64,000 nt of DNA from Octopus vulgaris (Eukaryota): positions 178,126,001 to 178,190,000 of the forward strand of contig OX597814.1 of NCBI GenBank assembly GCA_951406725.2. The letters are read 5' to 3'. The translations under genes were made by a program, and so were the position numbers. The number at the start of each line of letters is the position of its first letter. The first letter of the stretch is position 1. Below are positions 14,091 to 26,920 of this stretch, in pieces. Below the pieces are notes generated by a model. It was not told the DNA's origin. It ran no database searches and worked only from the letters and a program-made list of their open reading frames with translations.

Positions 14091-15834
14091 GTGTGTGTAT
14101 ATATCTATATTTATGTGCAAAAATATATGTTGCCTGATTGTATGCTACCCACTTTACCTTGGTGCAGTTATCGTAGTCTACTCTTTTGCAAGAATTCCGA
14201 GAGATTTACCTGCCAGAGTATGATTCCCCTTTTTTCAAACTACCAATCGTAGATGTCCTGAAGAATTTCAGTAATGCTCCTCTTCCTCCTTTGTCTAGGC
14301 AATTGTATAACGGGAAAAATTAGGAAAGACTTCAAACATTACTGCTGTCTACTCTGCCACATTGAAATCTTCAATCGATAAAAGAAAACGCGAGATCATC
14401 CGAATGACTTTACTCTATGTACCAAAAACAATTAGTATATTGTCTCAGTTAATGTCTAAACAGCTGCTTGTTTTTGTTTTCTTTCTTCATGTTCAAATAT
14501 ACATATGTTGAAAATAAGTTAAATGATAAACGTACATTCAAAATTTAAAAAAAAAAAATTATTGTACTTATTTTGCTTTTGTTGAAGTTGTGATATTCAA
14601 CTTGCACTTAGCAAAGAAGGTTTAGATTTTATTTTTCCTCATCGTTAAATAATAAAATGAAAACAAACAAAAAATACAATTGTCAAATATTGAATTATTT
14701 GGGATAAATAAATAAAAAAAAAATCGTAAGAAATGGGAAGAATGGTGGATGTTTAGTGCAGGGATATTGAACTATTTCTAAATGAATTTTAAATTTAAAA
14801 AAATGTTGCAATGGATATTTATATTTTTATTTAAAATACAAACAATACTATACTTGCAATTGTTGCTTTGTATAATATATTGATACCATACTGTATGTAG
14901 TTGCAAACAAACCAAATACACAAACATGCTTTCATACAGATATTCACACACCCATACAACCATTATCACAAATACCACCGCACGCAATCCTAGATATATG
15001 TACGCATATTTTAAATGACGGCGGATAATTGAAGGCTGTGGTTTCCTATTTATCATAACATATGGTTGGTAATACGACATTCTGTAGAGCTTTACATGGA
15101 ATAATAAACGGTTCAGCAGAAAGCTTGGTTCCAGCGCTATAAATCTACATGGAGAAGACGTTTATCTTGGCCAGGGATTCATTAATATGACAATAGATAT
15201 TATTCCTCAGAACATATTTATTCACCTTCAAAACACACTTATTTGTGCACCCAGAGCAAATATTGCAGTATTGATATCGAAGAAATTCTTACGCATCAAG
15301 TAATAATTCCTTAGAATGAAATATTAACTTGAGTCAAATAATGAATATGTATAAGAAACGGTATGAAAAAAAGAACGCGATCGAGTTTCCGCCTCCGATG
15401 CAATGAGAATAATTGTAGTATTTTTCTTCACATTTGTCTTATAGATAGCCACTGTGAAGAGTGAATAGGAGCAATAACTTATGGAAAAGGAACAATCATA
15501 TATATATATATATATATATATACATACATACATATATATATATATATACACATATATATGTGTATGTATATATATGTATGTATATATATATACATACATA
15601 CATATATATACACATATATATATGTGTATGTATATATATGTATGTATATATATATACACACGCAGACATATATATATATATATACCTACATACTCAAATA
15701 CATACATCTGTGTGTCTGTGTGCGTGCCTGTGTGTGTATGTATATATAAATATGCACATGATTAAATAGCCCATTCTAAGTATAAGTTATAGATTATCAA
15801 ACACACAATACATGCATACACACATACACGTGTA

Positions 15835-16045
15835 TTCTTTTATCCGTTTATTTCCCTCAGCCATTGGACTGCTGCCAAGCTGGGGCACTAGCTGGAAGGT
15901 TTTACTCGATCTAATCGACTCCAGTACTTGCTTTATTTCAAAGTATTGCACTTATGCCATATGTGTATATTGCCTAACTGCCAAGTTGGTGGGGCGTAAA
16001 CAAACCAAATCTAGCTGTCAAGCGGTGGGGAACAAACATAAAGAT
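15835..16045 (-). mobile_element. SINE family C, 3' part, degenerate
   Basis: Similar to the reverse complement of 17250-17430. Confidence 0.6.
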
Positions 16046-16489
16046 ACCCTCATACACATAAGTACGCACGTACAAACGCACAAACAAATACATCATCATA
16101 CGCTCACAAACGCGTGCGCATACATGCACACGTATATACCAACCACATTTAAATGACACATATGTACTTCTTGATATACACGTAAATGTACAAGTGTATC
16201 AGTGTGATAAAGGAGATGGGGTCAAACAGGTAGCCAATACAAAATTTAGAGTAATATAATTTATTAAAAGCTATTTAGTATCTCAAATACAGTTACTTAG
16301 AGTTTCTGAACTTCACTGTTTGAGCGATTGTGGACAAATACAGCATTTAGGAGTTATTTCAACACATTCGTAAGACATGACCAAAGAGCGAATAACGAAT
16401 ATTAATTGAATGAATCTTTCAAAGACAATGGAAACATTAAAGTTTTGCATGCTTTATACGGTTACGATACACCCCCACACACATACATG

Positions 16490-16519
<30 letters not shown>

Positions 16520-16523
<4 letters not shown>

Positions 16524-16855
16524 CATATTGGCAATTTCTGTCTGTTTATTACAATCTTAGAGCCTAAACCGGCGAACCAATATTCACGGAATTTTGCATA
16601 CATGTTGCACTAACATCTACTTCAATAATAGGATAATTGTAGTTCAATAAAAAATTTATAATGTGCCCCCCCCCCCTAACAGGGACTTTTGGCGAATTAT
16701 ATAAAAACATAAGGAGGCTGCAAAAAATATTAGTGAGGGTAAAGTATTAATTGAGAGAAGGTCACTTATATCAGTGAAGTCAACAACAGCGGGGGCAATG
16801 GGGTGGTAGCATTACTACAGCTGTTATATACACGCAACGCTGCATACATACTTTC

Positions 16856-16895
<40 letters not shown>

Positions 16896-17844
16896 CGTCC
16901 TATAACTGTCTGTCTCTCTCTACTTTTGTAGGGTCTTCACTGCTACCTTCACATATTGTGAGATTTCCATATTTAGTTTACTGAAATTATTTTGCTATTT
17001 ATTTGTTTCAGAGATGTTGTAGTAAAATGTTACAGATGTTACAGGCACAGGAGTGGCTGTGTGGTAAGTAGCTTGCTAACCAACCACATGGTTCCGGGTT
17101 CAGTCCCATTGCGTGGCATCTTGGGCAAGTGTCTTCTGCTATAGCCCCGGGCCGACCAATGCCTTGTGAGTGGATTTGGTAGACGGAAACTGAAAGAAGC
17201 CTGTCGTATATATGTATATATATATATATGTATGTGTGTGTGTTTGTGTGTCCCCCTAGCATTGCTTGACAACCGATGCTGGTGTGTTTACGTCCCCGTC
17301 ACTTAGCGGTTCGGCAAAAGAGACCGATAGAATAAGTACTGGGCTTACAAAGAATAAGTCCCGGGGTCGATTTGCTCGACTAAAGGCGGTGCTCCAGCAT
17401 GTCCGCAGTCAAAATGACTGAAACAAGTAAAAGAGTAAAAGAGTAAAAGAGATGTTTAAATTTTAATCAATTTTACCTAATCAGAAAACAGGATTTAGAA
17501 GTAGGCATTTTAAGCACGATAGCTGTCTATCACGAAATGAAACAAAACCATTAGGTGGAGGAATATTTAGGAAACAAACGAGAGCAAAGTATTACGACGA
17601 CCAAAATTGTAAAAACGTCTGAAATCTTAATGAATAATCTCATGGGAAACGGTCGAACAGACATGTAAATAATTCTAAAAGGAAAAAATCCTCAACTAAG
17701 TGTTTTGGTGAAAAATTGTACAAATCTGTCCTGATTAACAGGCCTGTTTGTCGGGGACGGCATACTCTGACATGGAATAAATAAAAAATTATATGAGATA
17801 TTCTAATGTAAAAATTGCCTGGCAACGACGAGCTATTTAGCTAG
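16520..17844 (+). mobile_element. Non-autonomous Helitron-like element with a nested SINE
   Basis: 5' part CTGTCTG..AAACCGGCGAACCAATATTCACGGAATTTTG; 3' end GCCTGGCAACGACGAGC (decayed hairpin) followed by TATTTAG-CTAG|T; 5' boundary uncertain. Confidence 0.55.
17043..17450 (+). mobile_element. Full-length SINE family C
   Basis: GTGGCTGTGTGGTAAG A box, GGTTCAGTCCC B box, CTTGGGCAAGTGTCTT, internal TA/TG run, (AAGAGTA)n tail, candidate AGATGTT target duplication (17034-17040 / 17450-17456). Confidence 0.9.
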
Positions 17845-17882
17845 TATATATATATATATATATATATATAATACACACACAC

Positions 17883-17967
<85 letters not shown>

Positions 17968-18139
17968 AGATATGAAAATGGAGTACCTTTGCCCATATAA
18001 TACAGTAAATGAATTAATTGCATCGCAATCCTTAACATTTATGTATTAACTTTGTTGGATACTTCACTATCAGTATATTGGATATATGTTATCCCATGGA
18101 GGGTTGCAGTTACAACCCCTATCTCAATATATATATATA

Positions 18140-18842
18140 TCATATATAATTAAGGATATATTCATTATAGAGGTATTATCAAATGACCAGCATGAAATAA
18201 AGACCAAATAGGTAACAATTAATACGACTATATAATTATTAAGATATAATTATAATAAGGGGTGCTAATAAAACAACACCAACAAACTAGATATTGAAGC
18301 CAAATCGTGCTAAACCATATCTTGTTCTCCGTTACCACAGTTTGAAAGCGAGAGAAGGAATAAAGAAAAACTTTAAGGGTTAATTATAGATCGATTTCTA
18401 GCTTAGAGATATCAAATCTCCCTGTGTTTTCAGTATAATATGCCCTACAGTACATAAATGCAAATATTTATACATACCTATAAGAATAATACATATTCAC
18501 ACGTATATATACATAGACTCACATTTATATGTTAGTTAAATATAATTTATTCACCTCAACCATGTGTATTTACGACCAAAATAATACCGTAGGGAATATA
18601 AATTGATCGAAGTAAATAATATATATGTTTATACATAATTAAGGATGAAATCATTATAGAGACTGTATCAAGTGTCCAGTATGAAATAAAGACCGTATAG
18701 GTAAAATTTAATACTAATATATAATTGCAAAAATAATTATAATATAAGGTGCTAATAAACCATACCAACATGATAGATATAGCCACCAAATCGCGCTAAA
18801 ACCACATCTTGTACAACGCTAGCACATGTTCAAAGCGAGAGT
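18140..18842. repeat. Diverged direct duplication (about 18140-18353 and 18630-18842)
   Basis: Shared TAATTAAGGAT..CATTATAGAG..ATGAAATAAAGACC..GGTGCTAATAAA..CCAAATCG..AAAGCGAGAG. Confidence 0.8.
18383..18439 (-). ncRNA. Minimal type I hammerhead-like motif (one core substitution)
   Basis: Minus strand: ATTATA-CTGAAAA-CACAGG-GAGAT-TTGAT-ATCTC-TAAGCTA-GAAA-TCGA-TC-TATAAT; 6 bp stem I, palindromic ATCGAT, AUC cleavage triplet. Confidence 0.6.
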
Positions 18843-19055
18843 ACATGATGTTTTACCGCAATCTGGCGTCTATATCTAGCATGCTGGTGTTGATTATCAG
18901 TACACTTTATTATAATTATGTCTTTATATATTAGTAAATATATATGTGTGTATGTGTGTATTCATACACGTATCAAAGTTTCGATAACTGCATAATCAAA
19001 TAAAAGCAATCTAGAGAATACACACAAACACACACACACATATGTACACACATAT

Positions 19056-19108
<53 letters not shown>

Positions 19109-20417
19109 CATACATGCATCAATTTTTCGATAATTGCATAAACAAAGAAAAGTAATCTGGAGTATACACACACACACACATGCACACGTACGCTCGCACA
19201 CACACACACATACGTAGATATATGTTTGTGTGTGTATTCATGTAAAAATATATATATGTTTAGTCATATATGTATACGTATAATACTACCTGAAGATTTC
19301 ATGTAAAATGAATTTAAAACACGCTTATACGAGCATAAATATTCTTTTTAATATAGTGTAGAATGTTTTCTACAAACCTTATGAAATACACATACTCTGA
19401 AGGAGAATGCGTACCAGTTATTTTCAAAATGCACGGGGTCATCTTAGATGCTGAATGAGTCACATTACTCATCTTCAATGTCTGTACTGTGCTTGAGAGA
19501 GACATTCTTCATTTTATTCTAGGTTGTTCAAAAAATTGAATCGAAAATCCAAAATCTATTGAAATGACTTATCGACCGAGTGCACTAGGATATTAAACAT
19601 TATTTGTCTTCGGTTATTGACGATTTATCGATTGCTTTAATTTCCGCAGCTATTGCCTTATTTTTCTCTATCACCTCTTCATCCATCTACCAAACCATCC
19701 ATCATTTCTTACTTCCATCCATCAATCCATCCATCAATCCTTCCTTCATTCCTTCCATCCATCCATCCATCCAACCATCCATCAATCCTTCCAATCCTTC
19801 GTTCGTTCGTTCGTTCCTTCATTCTTTCCATTCGTCCATCCATCTATCCATGTATATATACGATTTTTGCAGATTTATTTTGCATATTAGCATCTAACAC
19901 CAGACAAAGTAATTCAGTCATAAGAAGAGTGCAATACCCTTGTAATGCTCTATGGAAGTGTGATGATTACTTTGACGATAATGCTGTATTTATACAGGAG
20001 TATAACCAATAATTACATATAAACCATGAAATAGTTTCATTGACTTATTCCATTGACGTCTATTAACATTTAGAGTATTTTTATTTCTGCGAAAGGTCAA
20101 TATCTTATCAGAGCTTGCAACTATGACTAATAAGAATCAGTGATTTATTGTTTTTAATGTACACATAGTTCACGCTTACCAGTGGACAATATCATATATG
20201 AACTTATAATAATTTTCTTAGAGGCAAGTACGGTGGAATCTCTTATTTACTGAAGAGATCTAAAACGATCCATGCATCTTACAAACGTCTACCTATGAAA
20301 GCTATAAATGTTAATCATTTATTATAAAAACTAAATTACTCCCATTTCATTATTAAAATGCAAGAAATTTTTGTTAGGCACCACATAATAATGTTTATTA
20401 ACTTCAGTATATCCACT

Positions 20418-20710
20418 GAAGGCGCGTGGCTTAGATCGTAAGGTCGTAAGCTCGATTCCCGGCGACGCGTTTGTCCTTGGACAAGACACTTTATTTCATG
20501 CTGCTCCAGTCCACTCAACTGGCAAAAATGAGTTGTACCTGTATTTCAAAGGGCCGGCCTTGTCGCACTGTGTCACGCTGAATCCCCCTGAGAACTACGT
20601 TAAGGGTACACGTGTCTGTGGATTGCTAAGTCACTTCGTTAATTTCACGAGAAAGCTGTTCCATTGATTGTATCAACTGGGACACTCGCCGTCGTAACCG
20701 ACGGAGTGCT
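20418..20710 (+). mobile_element. tRNA-derived SINE (family B-related, head internally deleted)
   Basis: GGCGCGTGGCTTAG..CTCGATTCCC head; tail closely similar to 32150-32344. Confidence 0.85.
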
Positions 20711-21454
20711 CCTATCCACTAATGTTAAAGATATAAGCCAAGTGTGGCAATAAGGATATTAGACTACATTATTGAGTCGTGAAGGTGAAAATAGCTCTGC
20801 TTTTCACTTAATGTCGTTGCAGATTGAAGCGTGTGCATGTGTATGATATTGAACAGATTGTACTTCACTGTCAGATTTGCTTAAATAGAAAAATGATCAA
20901 AAGGAGTTCTTGGTGTAAGTATCGCGTTTTTGTTTTTGTTTCTTTGTTTTAGGAAAATATTTGACAATGTGACCTACTTGTTCAATCTATTGAACAATAT
21001 GTACTAGCTCATTCAATCAGTTTGAACCACAAATTTTAGGTAGATATATAAAAGATTTAATATGTATATATGTTAAATTCCAGAATCAGAGCAAAGCGGC
21101 GAGCGGCTACGTCAACAGGTTACACTAATCAAACGTAAAGTTTTAGGTAAAAGGCGAAATTCAATTGTTTCCTATTTCTTTTCTTTTTCTCTGCTCCACA
21201 CGATCAGTCTTTGGTCGCCCTGTCTCTCTTTCCCGCTCTATTTCCCTATGTCTCTCCCGCCTACATCATCGCAGCTAATGTCAACAGTGGCAATATTCCA
21301 AACAAGGACAACTGATATGGCTTGACCTTTGGGAATTAGTTTAAGAGATCTAGGGTCAATAAGTCAATGTGCTTGGTTAATTTTATCGTTGCCTGAACGG
21401 CGGCGCGTGACGAGAGGTACTGATAAAAAAAACGGAAAGATTACATATATTTCT

Positions 21455-21490
<36 letters not shown>

Positions 21491-22289
21491 CAAGTGCGCA
21501 CTCATAAATACATCTATCTATCTATATATATCTATATATTTATTTACATATACATATACTTATAAATATATATATAAGTATATATATATTTATATACCTA
21601 TATCATTGCAAATTCTAATAGGTAAAAACACACATATACAAAATAGAAAAAACAGAGGACACTTACATATATGCATGTAGTCTATATTCACATAAATATG
21701 TATTCTGTCTGTGTAGTCGAAATTTTAGAGTGTTGATACAGTAGCGTATGTGTGTGTTTTTGTGTGATCATATACAATATTTCGCAGCATTTAGTTCAGA
21801 TTTTTGACGTAGCAAAATCAAATAGACAATGTCAAGCGAACATTGCATCTGAATACCCCTCGGTGTGATAGCAACATACATAAATATAAATTCAAAACTG
21901 ATGATGGTGACAAATTAGAAGACTTCACAAAAATCTCTCCGTAAATAGTACAACGTACAATTGACAGATATCATAGTAGGTAATGCAAAATTTAGGCATA
22001 TGTATACATATATATATATGTATACAGATATATTTACGTATATTAACGTTACATTTACCACCTAGAAATATTGAACAAATTCACAAAATTTTCAAAGGAG
22101 CAGCTACGTATCTCGTCTTATTATATCAATACTGGAATTTCTCTCATTGTCCTTTAATTTTCTTTACACAGCTCATTCTTCCTCTCTTTCTTTCGAATCT
22201 ATCACGTTCCGTTAGCAACTTACACCTTTTCAGCACCCATCAATTAGTCATATCCCTTACTCTCAGATCTTGCTTTGATGTGTATATAT

Positions 22290-22380
22290 ACATACATCAA
22301 TATCTATATATCTGTATCTATATATATATGTTTATATATCTATATATCTGTATATATATATATATGTTTATATATCTATA

Positions 22381-22415
<35 letters not shown>

Positions 22416-22418
22416 ATA

Positions 22419-22477
<59 letters not shown>

Positions 22478-22493
22478 ATATCTATATATATAT

Positions 22494-22524
<31 letters not shown>

Positions 22525-22556
22525 TATATATCTATATCTATATATATATATATATA

Positions 22557-22607
<51 letters not shown>

Positions 22608-22620
22608 AAAAAAAAAAACA
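22290..22620. repeat. Long (TA)n/(TATC) microsatellite ending in poly-A
   Basis: Direct inspection. Confidence 0.95.
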
Positions 22621-23781
22621 AACATATATATACATATGCATATACATACATATACTCACAAGTATATCTGCGTGTCCGTCTGCATCTTCCTACCCCCTTT
22701 CATCTTTTCATCTTTCTCAGCCAATCTTCTTTCCTCCAATTGTAATTCTTACACACCTTCTATTCCAACTTGTATCAATCAGGTAGCAACACATATATAT
22801 TTTAAATGTATAATTTCATGTCAGTTTATATATATATATATCGAATATTTTCTTTATACTTGTCAAATTTGTTTCCATGTTTGCTTAGCAAACCAATTCA
22901 ATTTCCTTACATGTCCCTTTCATCTCCTTCGGTCCATGGCATTTGTTTGTATTAATGTTGTTAATTCTGATTTACACACATACAATTTTAACTTTATGTA
23001 TTACGAATTTTTTGCTTTCATTTCCCTCTTCTATTTACCTTTGTTTTTGTCTCACAAATCCAGGAAAATATGAAAATATTCGATTGATGTGGTCAAATCT
23101 GAACTACTCTCCAAAATTCAAAGCATTTCCGGTTTGCTTATCGCAGTTTGATTTTGAAATATATTAAATATTTCAAATTTATGTATTTTACACTTATATT
23201 TTATGAATATTTATTTTAGTTATTTTGTGATAGCTTCAAAATACATTTCACGTTGTTGTCCATTGATTTTTTTTTTTCACACGTACTTTTCTTGTTTCGC
23301 ATTTATTTGGCAACAATTTTGTTTGTTACGTGTCTCTCAGGTTTTCTTGAAAGAAAAAACGATATCTTGCTACACTGAGACACCTACTATTTATTATTAC
23401 ACTTGACGGAGGAGGAGATCAAAAATGAAGGGGTGGGGGAGGGAATGGGTGAAGCTAATAGAACTCTATATCGTATTAAAAAAGTATATGTTAGGAAAAT
23501 CTTGAAAGTTATCTATTGTTGTAATATAATTTTGCTTCTTGCTGAAAATGCTTCAAATCTGCATTTAATCTAAATTACAGTGGAGAAAAGATATATTCTT
23601 GCGAAACTGAGACGAAACATGTACAGATACAAGTATAAAACATATGCACACAAACACACACACATATATAGATAGATAGATTTATACATTTATATATATA
23701 TTACATACATATAAGTGGGATGACCACTAAGTGGACATCCATATGCTAGAAGTCGACCCCTTATATATATACATATATATG

Positions 23782-23815
<34 letters not shown>

Positions 23816-23826
23816 TTACACACACG

Positions 23827-23872
<46 letters not shown>

Positions 23873-24222
23873 TGTATGTATGTATATATGTATGTATATA
23901 TGTATGTATGCGTGTTTGCAGGGACATGTGTATGTGTAAGTTCGCGCTCGATTGTGTGTTTTCATACATATGTGTATTTATGTGTGCGTATAGTATATAT
24001 ATACGTGCATTTGTGTGTGTGTCTGTATGCGTATATATATACATGAAAATATTTTATATTTTATATTGTGTTTGCATAACGAAATATCACTTGCCTACGA
24101 ATCATTAATATTTACTTATCAGCTCAAAGAACGCGTTTAATATTTAAATTGTTATATTCAATAACTTAACCGGTGTACGCAGTGGCTATATAAGCAATGT
24201 GTTCAAAGGCGAGAATGGGTCA

Positions 24223-24275
24223 GATGGGTGCTGATGAAGGGTTAAACACCCCGAAATATGGTATATACTCTCATT
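24223..24275 (+). ncRNA. Minimal type I hammerhead ribozyme candidate with intact catalytic core
   Basis: GATGGGTG-CTGATGA-A-GGGT-TAAAC-ACCC-C-GAAA-TATG-G-TATA-TA-CTCTCATT; stems I, II and III in type I order, AUA triplet at 24265-24267. Confidence 0.7.
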
Positions 24276-24979
24276 ACCAATATTTATCTTCCATCTTATC
24301 ATTGCTTTTCTATATCTGACATCTCGATACGAAACTTTGTAGAAAAAACCAGTGCTTGCTGTAATTTCTGTAGAATATCTGTTGAAAGGCGTTTAACAAT
24401 ATATATATATATATACATACATGGGGGGGGTGTATACTTTGCTAAGTGTCGACCAGGAACCGTTTGGATGTTATGAGGTATGTTTCTCCTCTTATATGTC
24501 TTGGCATAATGTTAAAAAAAGCAGTAACAGTTGAGGTGAAATAACTCTTAGTGTTTTTGATGTGACACTAGCAATGAATTTGTTTGTCCAGAATGGATGG
24601 CACGGAGACCAAGGTTTTAAGATTAGCAACATCACTTGAGCAATGGTGGAGTATTTTCCACAACGTACAAATGACAGCACTCACTGTGGCGTTGAAGGAA
24701 ATATAGTTTGAGTTTCTTGTGCACTGTCATGCCGTCTATTTTTTGTGATTAATCTGCGGAGTACTTCAATTCTAATACTATTTTGTTTCGTGTAGGGAGG
24801 CCACAGTGGAAGGTATGAAGATGGAGAAGAAAACGAAAATGGTTGAAGAGTTTCAAGGGTGAAAGCCCTGGATGTCTTAAATACATATTTTAAAAACCAA
24901 TACAGTGCATTTTAAAAGATTATGAATACAGATTGATGGCTTGTGATATTACTTTTGTATATTAATATTTCATATTTAG

Positions 24980-25381
24980 GAAGACGGCGAGCTGGCAGAA
25001 ACGTTAGCACGGCGGGCGAAATGCTTAGCGGTATTTCATCTGCCGCTACGTTCTGAGTTCAAATTCTGCCGAGGTCGACTTGGCCTTTCATCCTTTTGGG
25101 GTCGATTAAATAAGTACCAGTTACGTACTGGGGTCGATATAATCGACTTAATCCATTTGTCTGTCCTTGTTTGTCCTCTCTGTGTTTAGCCCCTTGTGGG
25201 TAGTAAAGAAATAGATATTTAGTCTCTCATTACTTTCTGAGTTCAAATTCCGCGGAGAGCGACTTTGCCTTTCATCCTTTCGGGGTCGATAAATTAAGTA
25301 CTAGTTGCGTACTGGGGTCAGTCTAATAGACTGGCCCCTTCCCCCCAAATTTCTGACTTTGTACCTAGACTAGAAAAGAAT
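24980..25381 (+). mobile_element. SINE family A, dimeric copy
   Basis: Head GGCGAGCTGGCAGAAACGTTAGCAC; the core TTCTGAGTTCAAATTC..GCCTTTCATCCTTT..GGGGTCGAT occurs twice. Confidence 0.92.
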
Positions 25382-25581
25382 ATTTTGTATTTAGGAGAGC
25401 TTCCTTAAAACATATATGGGATAAAGACGTTGAAGCCCAATTCGTAGTTCAGAACAGAGAAGTCAGCTATCAACACCTTGATGAATATGGGACACCGCTT
25501 TATGAAAACTCTGCTACTCTTTCACACACACACATACGCGCACACACACACACAAATAGGCAAACACTCCGTACCAATCTT

Positions 25582-25757
25582 AAGTAAATATGTATATTTG
25601 GGATGATCATCTTTTGCCATTTAAACACACGCACTATTTATTTTATCTTCACTTTAGATCTGCTATTATTATCTTTAGTTTAGTTGTCCACGTAAGTCTT
25701 TTTGCCCTACATTATGTGATCTCTTCAGCGACTGTGTATCATGTGTCTGTTCTTGTA
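25582..25757. repeat. Dispersed ~175 bp repeat, near-identical to 35182-35358
   Basis: AAGTAAATATGTATATTTGGGATGATCATCTTTTGCC...GTGTCTGTTCTTGT present in both. Confidence 0.9.
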
Positions 25758-26364
25758 GTACATATCTAATTTCTAATTTGTGTCTTATTCTAATATATGT
25801 TAGCCATTTTATATTATATTATGAGATCATTTTGAATTGCTTAAAGAAAGCAACGTCAATATTGGGACAACTGAAGTAAGAGCTCGGCAGTTTGTCTCCG
25901 TTATATAATCAATTCAATCGTCTCTTTGTTCATTGTACGTAAATACATTCGTATTACACACGCGAGCATACGGTTATGACTATTATGCATACAGAGACAT
26001 ATACAAATTTAAAAGTACATTTATTAGACACATAAAAATACAAAAGTACGATTTTATTAGAATATAGCTAACAAGTCTAAGTGTAAGGATTTTAAGTACA
26101 ATGCTAAATATACTGTACTAAAATATAATTAGACATAATATTGTTATAGTTTGAAGGCAGATATGGCTGATAATCCAGTAGTATTTATACTGCTCTTAAA
26201 TTTTTAATCGGTAAGTAATCTATATCGTAACATACAACTCTTTTGGCTTGTGAGGAGTGTAGGAATGAGTAAAAGGAATGTTGTGTTGAAATAGTATAGA
26301 ATGGCTTACTCGGAAAATGGAATTAAAGAAGTGAAGCATGACAAGATATTTCAATAAAGGATTA

Positions 26365-26560
26365 ATATCCTTTTAACTACGGGCGAAAGACCTGAAATTT
26401 TAGGTGGGGGTGGTCCCAGTGCTCAACTGGTACTTTAATATAGCCTATAATAATAAAAGGCAAAGTCGGTGGAATTTGAAATTAGATCATAGAGCTGGCA
26501 GAAATGCGGCTATGCACTTTCGTCCAGCAGAAGCAATGATTCTGCCAGTTCGTTGCCTTC
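26365..26560 (-). mobile_element. SINE family A, degenerate
   Basis: AAAGGCAAAGTCGG..GGAATTTGAA..GATTCTGCCAGTTCGTTGCCTT matches the reverse complement of the family A head. Confidence 0.7.
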
Positions 26561-26680
26561 CGATTTAGGACTAATATGAATGCAGATAACATTACAATAA
26601 AGAAAACATAGGGCATGTGAAAGCAAATCTGTTCTAAAATTAAGAATAAATGTAAGATAAAAAATTACTCAGTTGAGGGC

Positions 26681-26737
<57 letters not shown>

Positions 26738-26740
<3 letters not shown>

Positions 26741-26920
26741 TCACTATCAAATCCAGTTCCAACGGTGGTTGAAGATTGGTACGGAGTTTTTTCTCTCGGT
26801 TTTCCATTGATTTTTCGATAACTTCAAGTAGTTTCTAGTTCCAAGGTCGCATAATTATCAAAGGAAAACCGAAAGAAAAAACTCTTCAACCACAGTTGGA
26901 AATGAATTTGATAGTGAATA
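26738..26920. repeat. Foldback inverted repeat, arms about 65-75 bp
   Basis: TATTCACTATCAAATCCAGTTCCAACGGTGGTTGAAGA..GAGTTTTTTCTCTCGGTTTTCC pairs with GGAAAACCGAAAGAAAAAACTCTTCAACCACAGTTGGAAATGAATTTGATAGTGAATA. Confidence 0.9.

Noticed and set aside
19314-19505. Non-repetitive short ORFs (also 24492-24680, 56400-56694, 57278-57586)
   Set aside because: No recognisable domain or convincing splice structure
20249-20275. CTGAAGA-GATC-TAAAAC-GATC
   Set aside because: GAAA and stem III are absent
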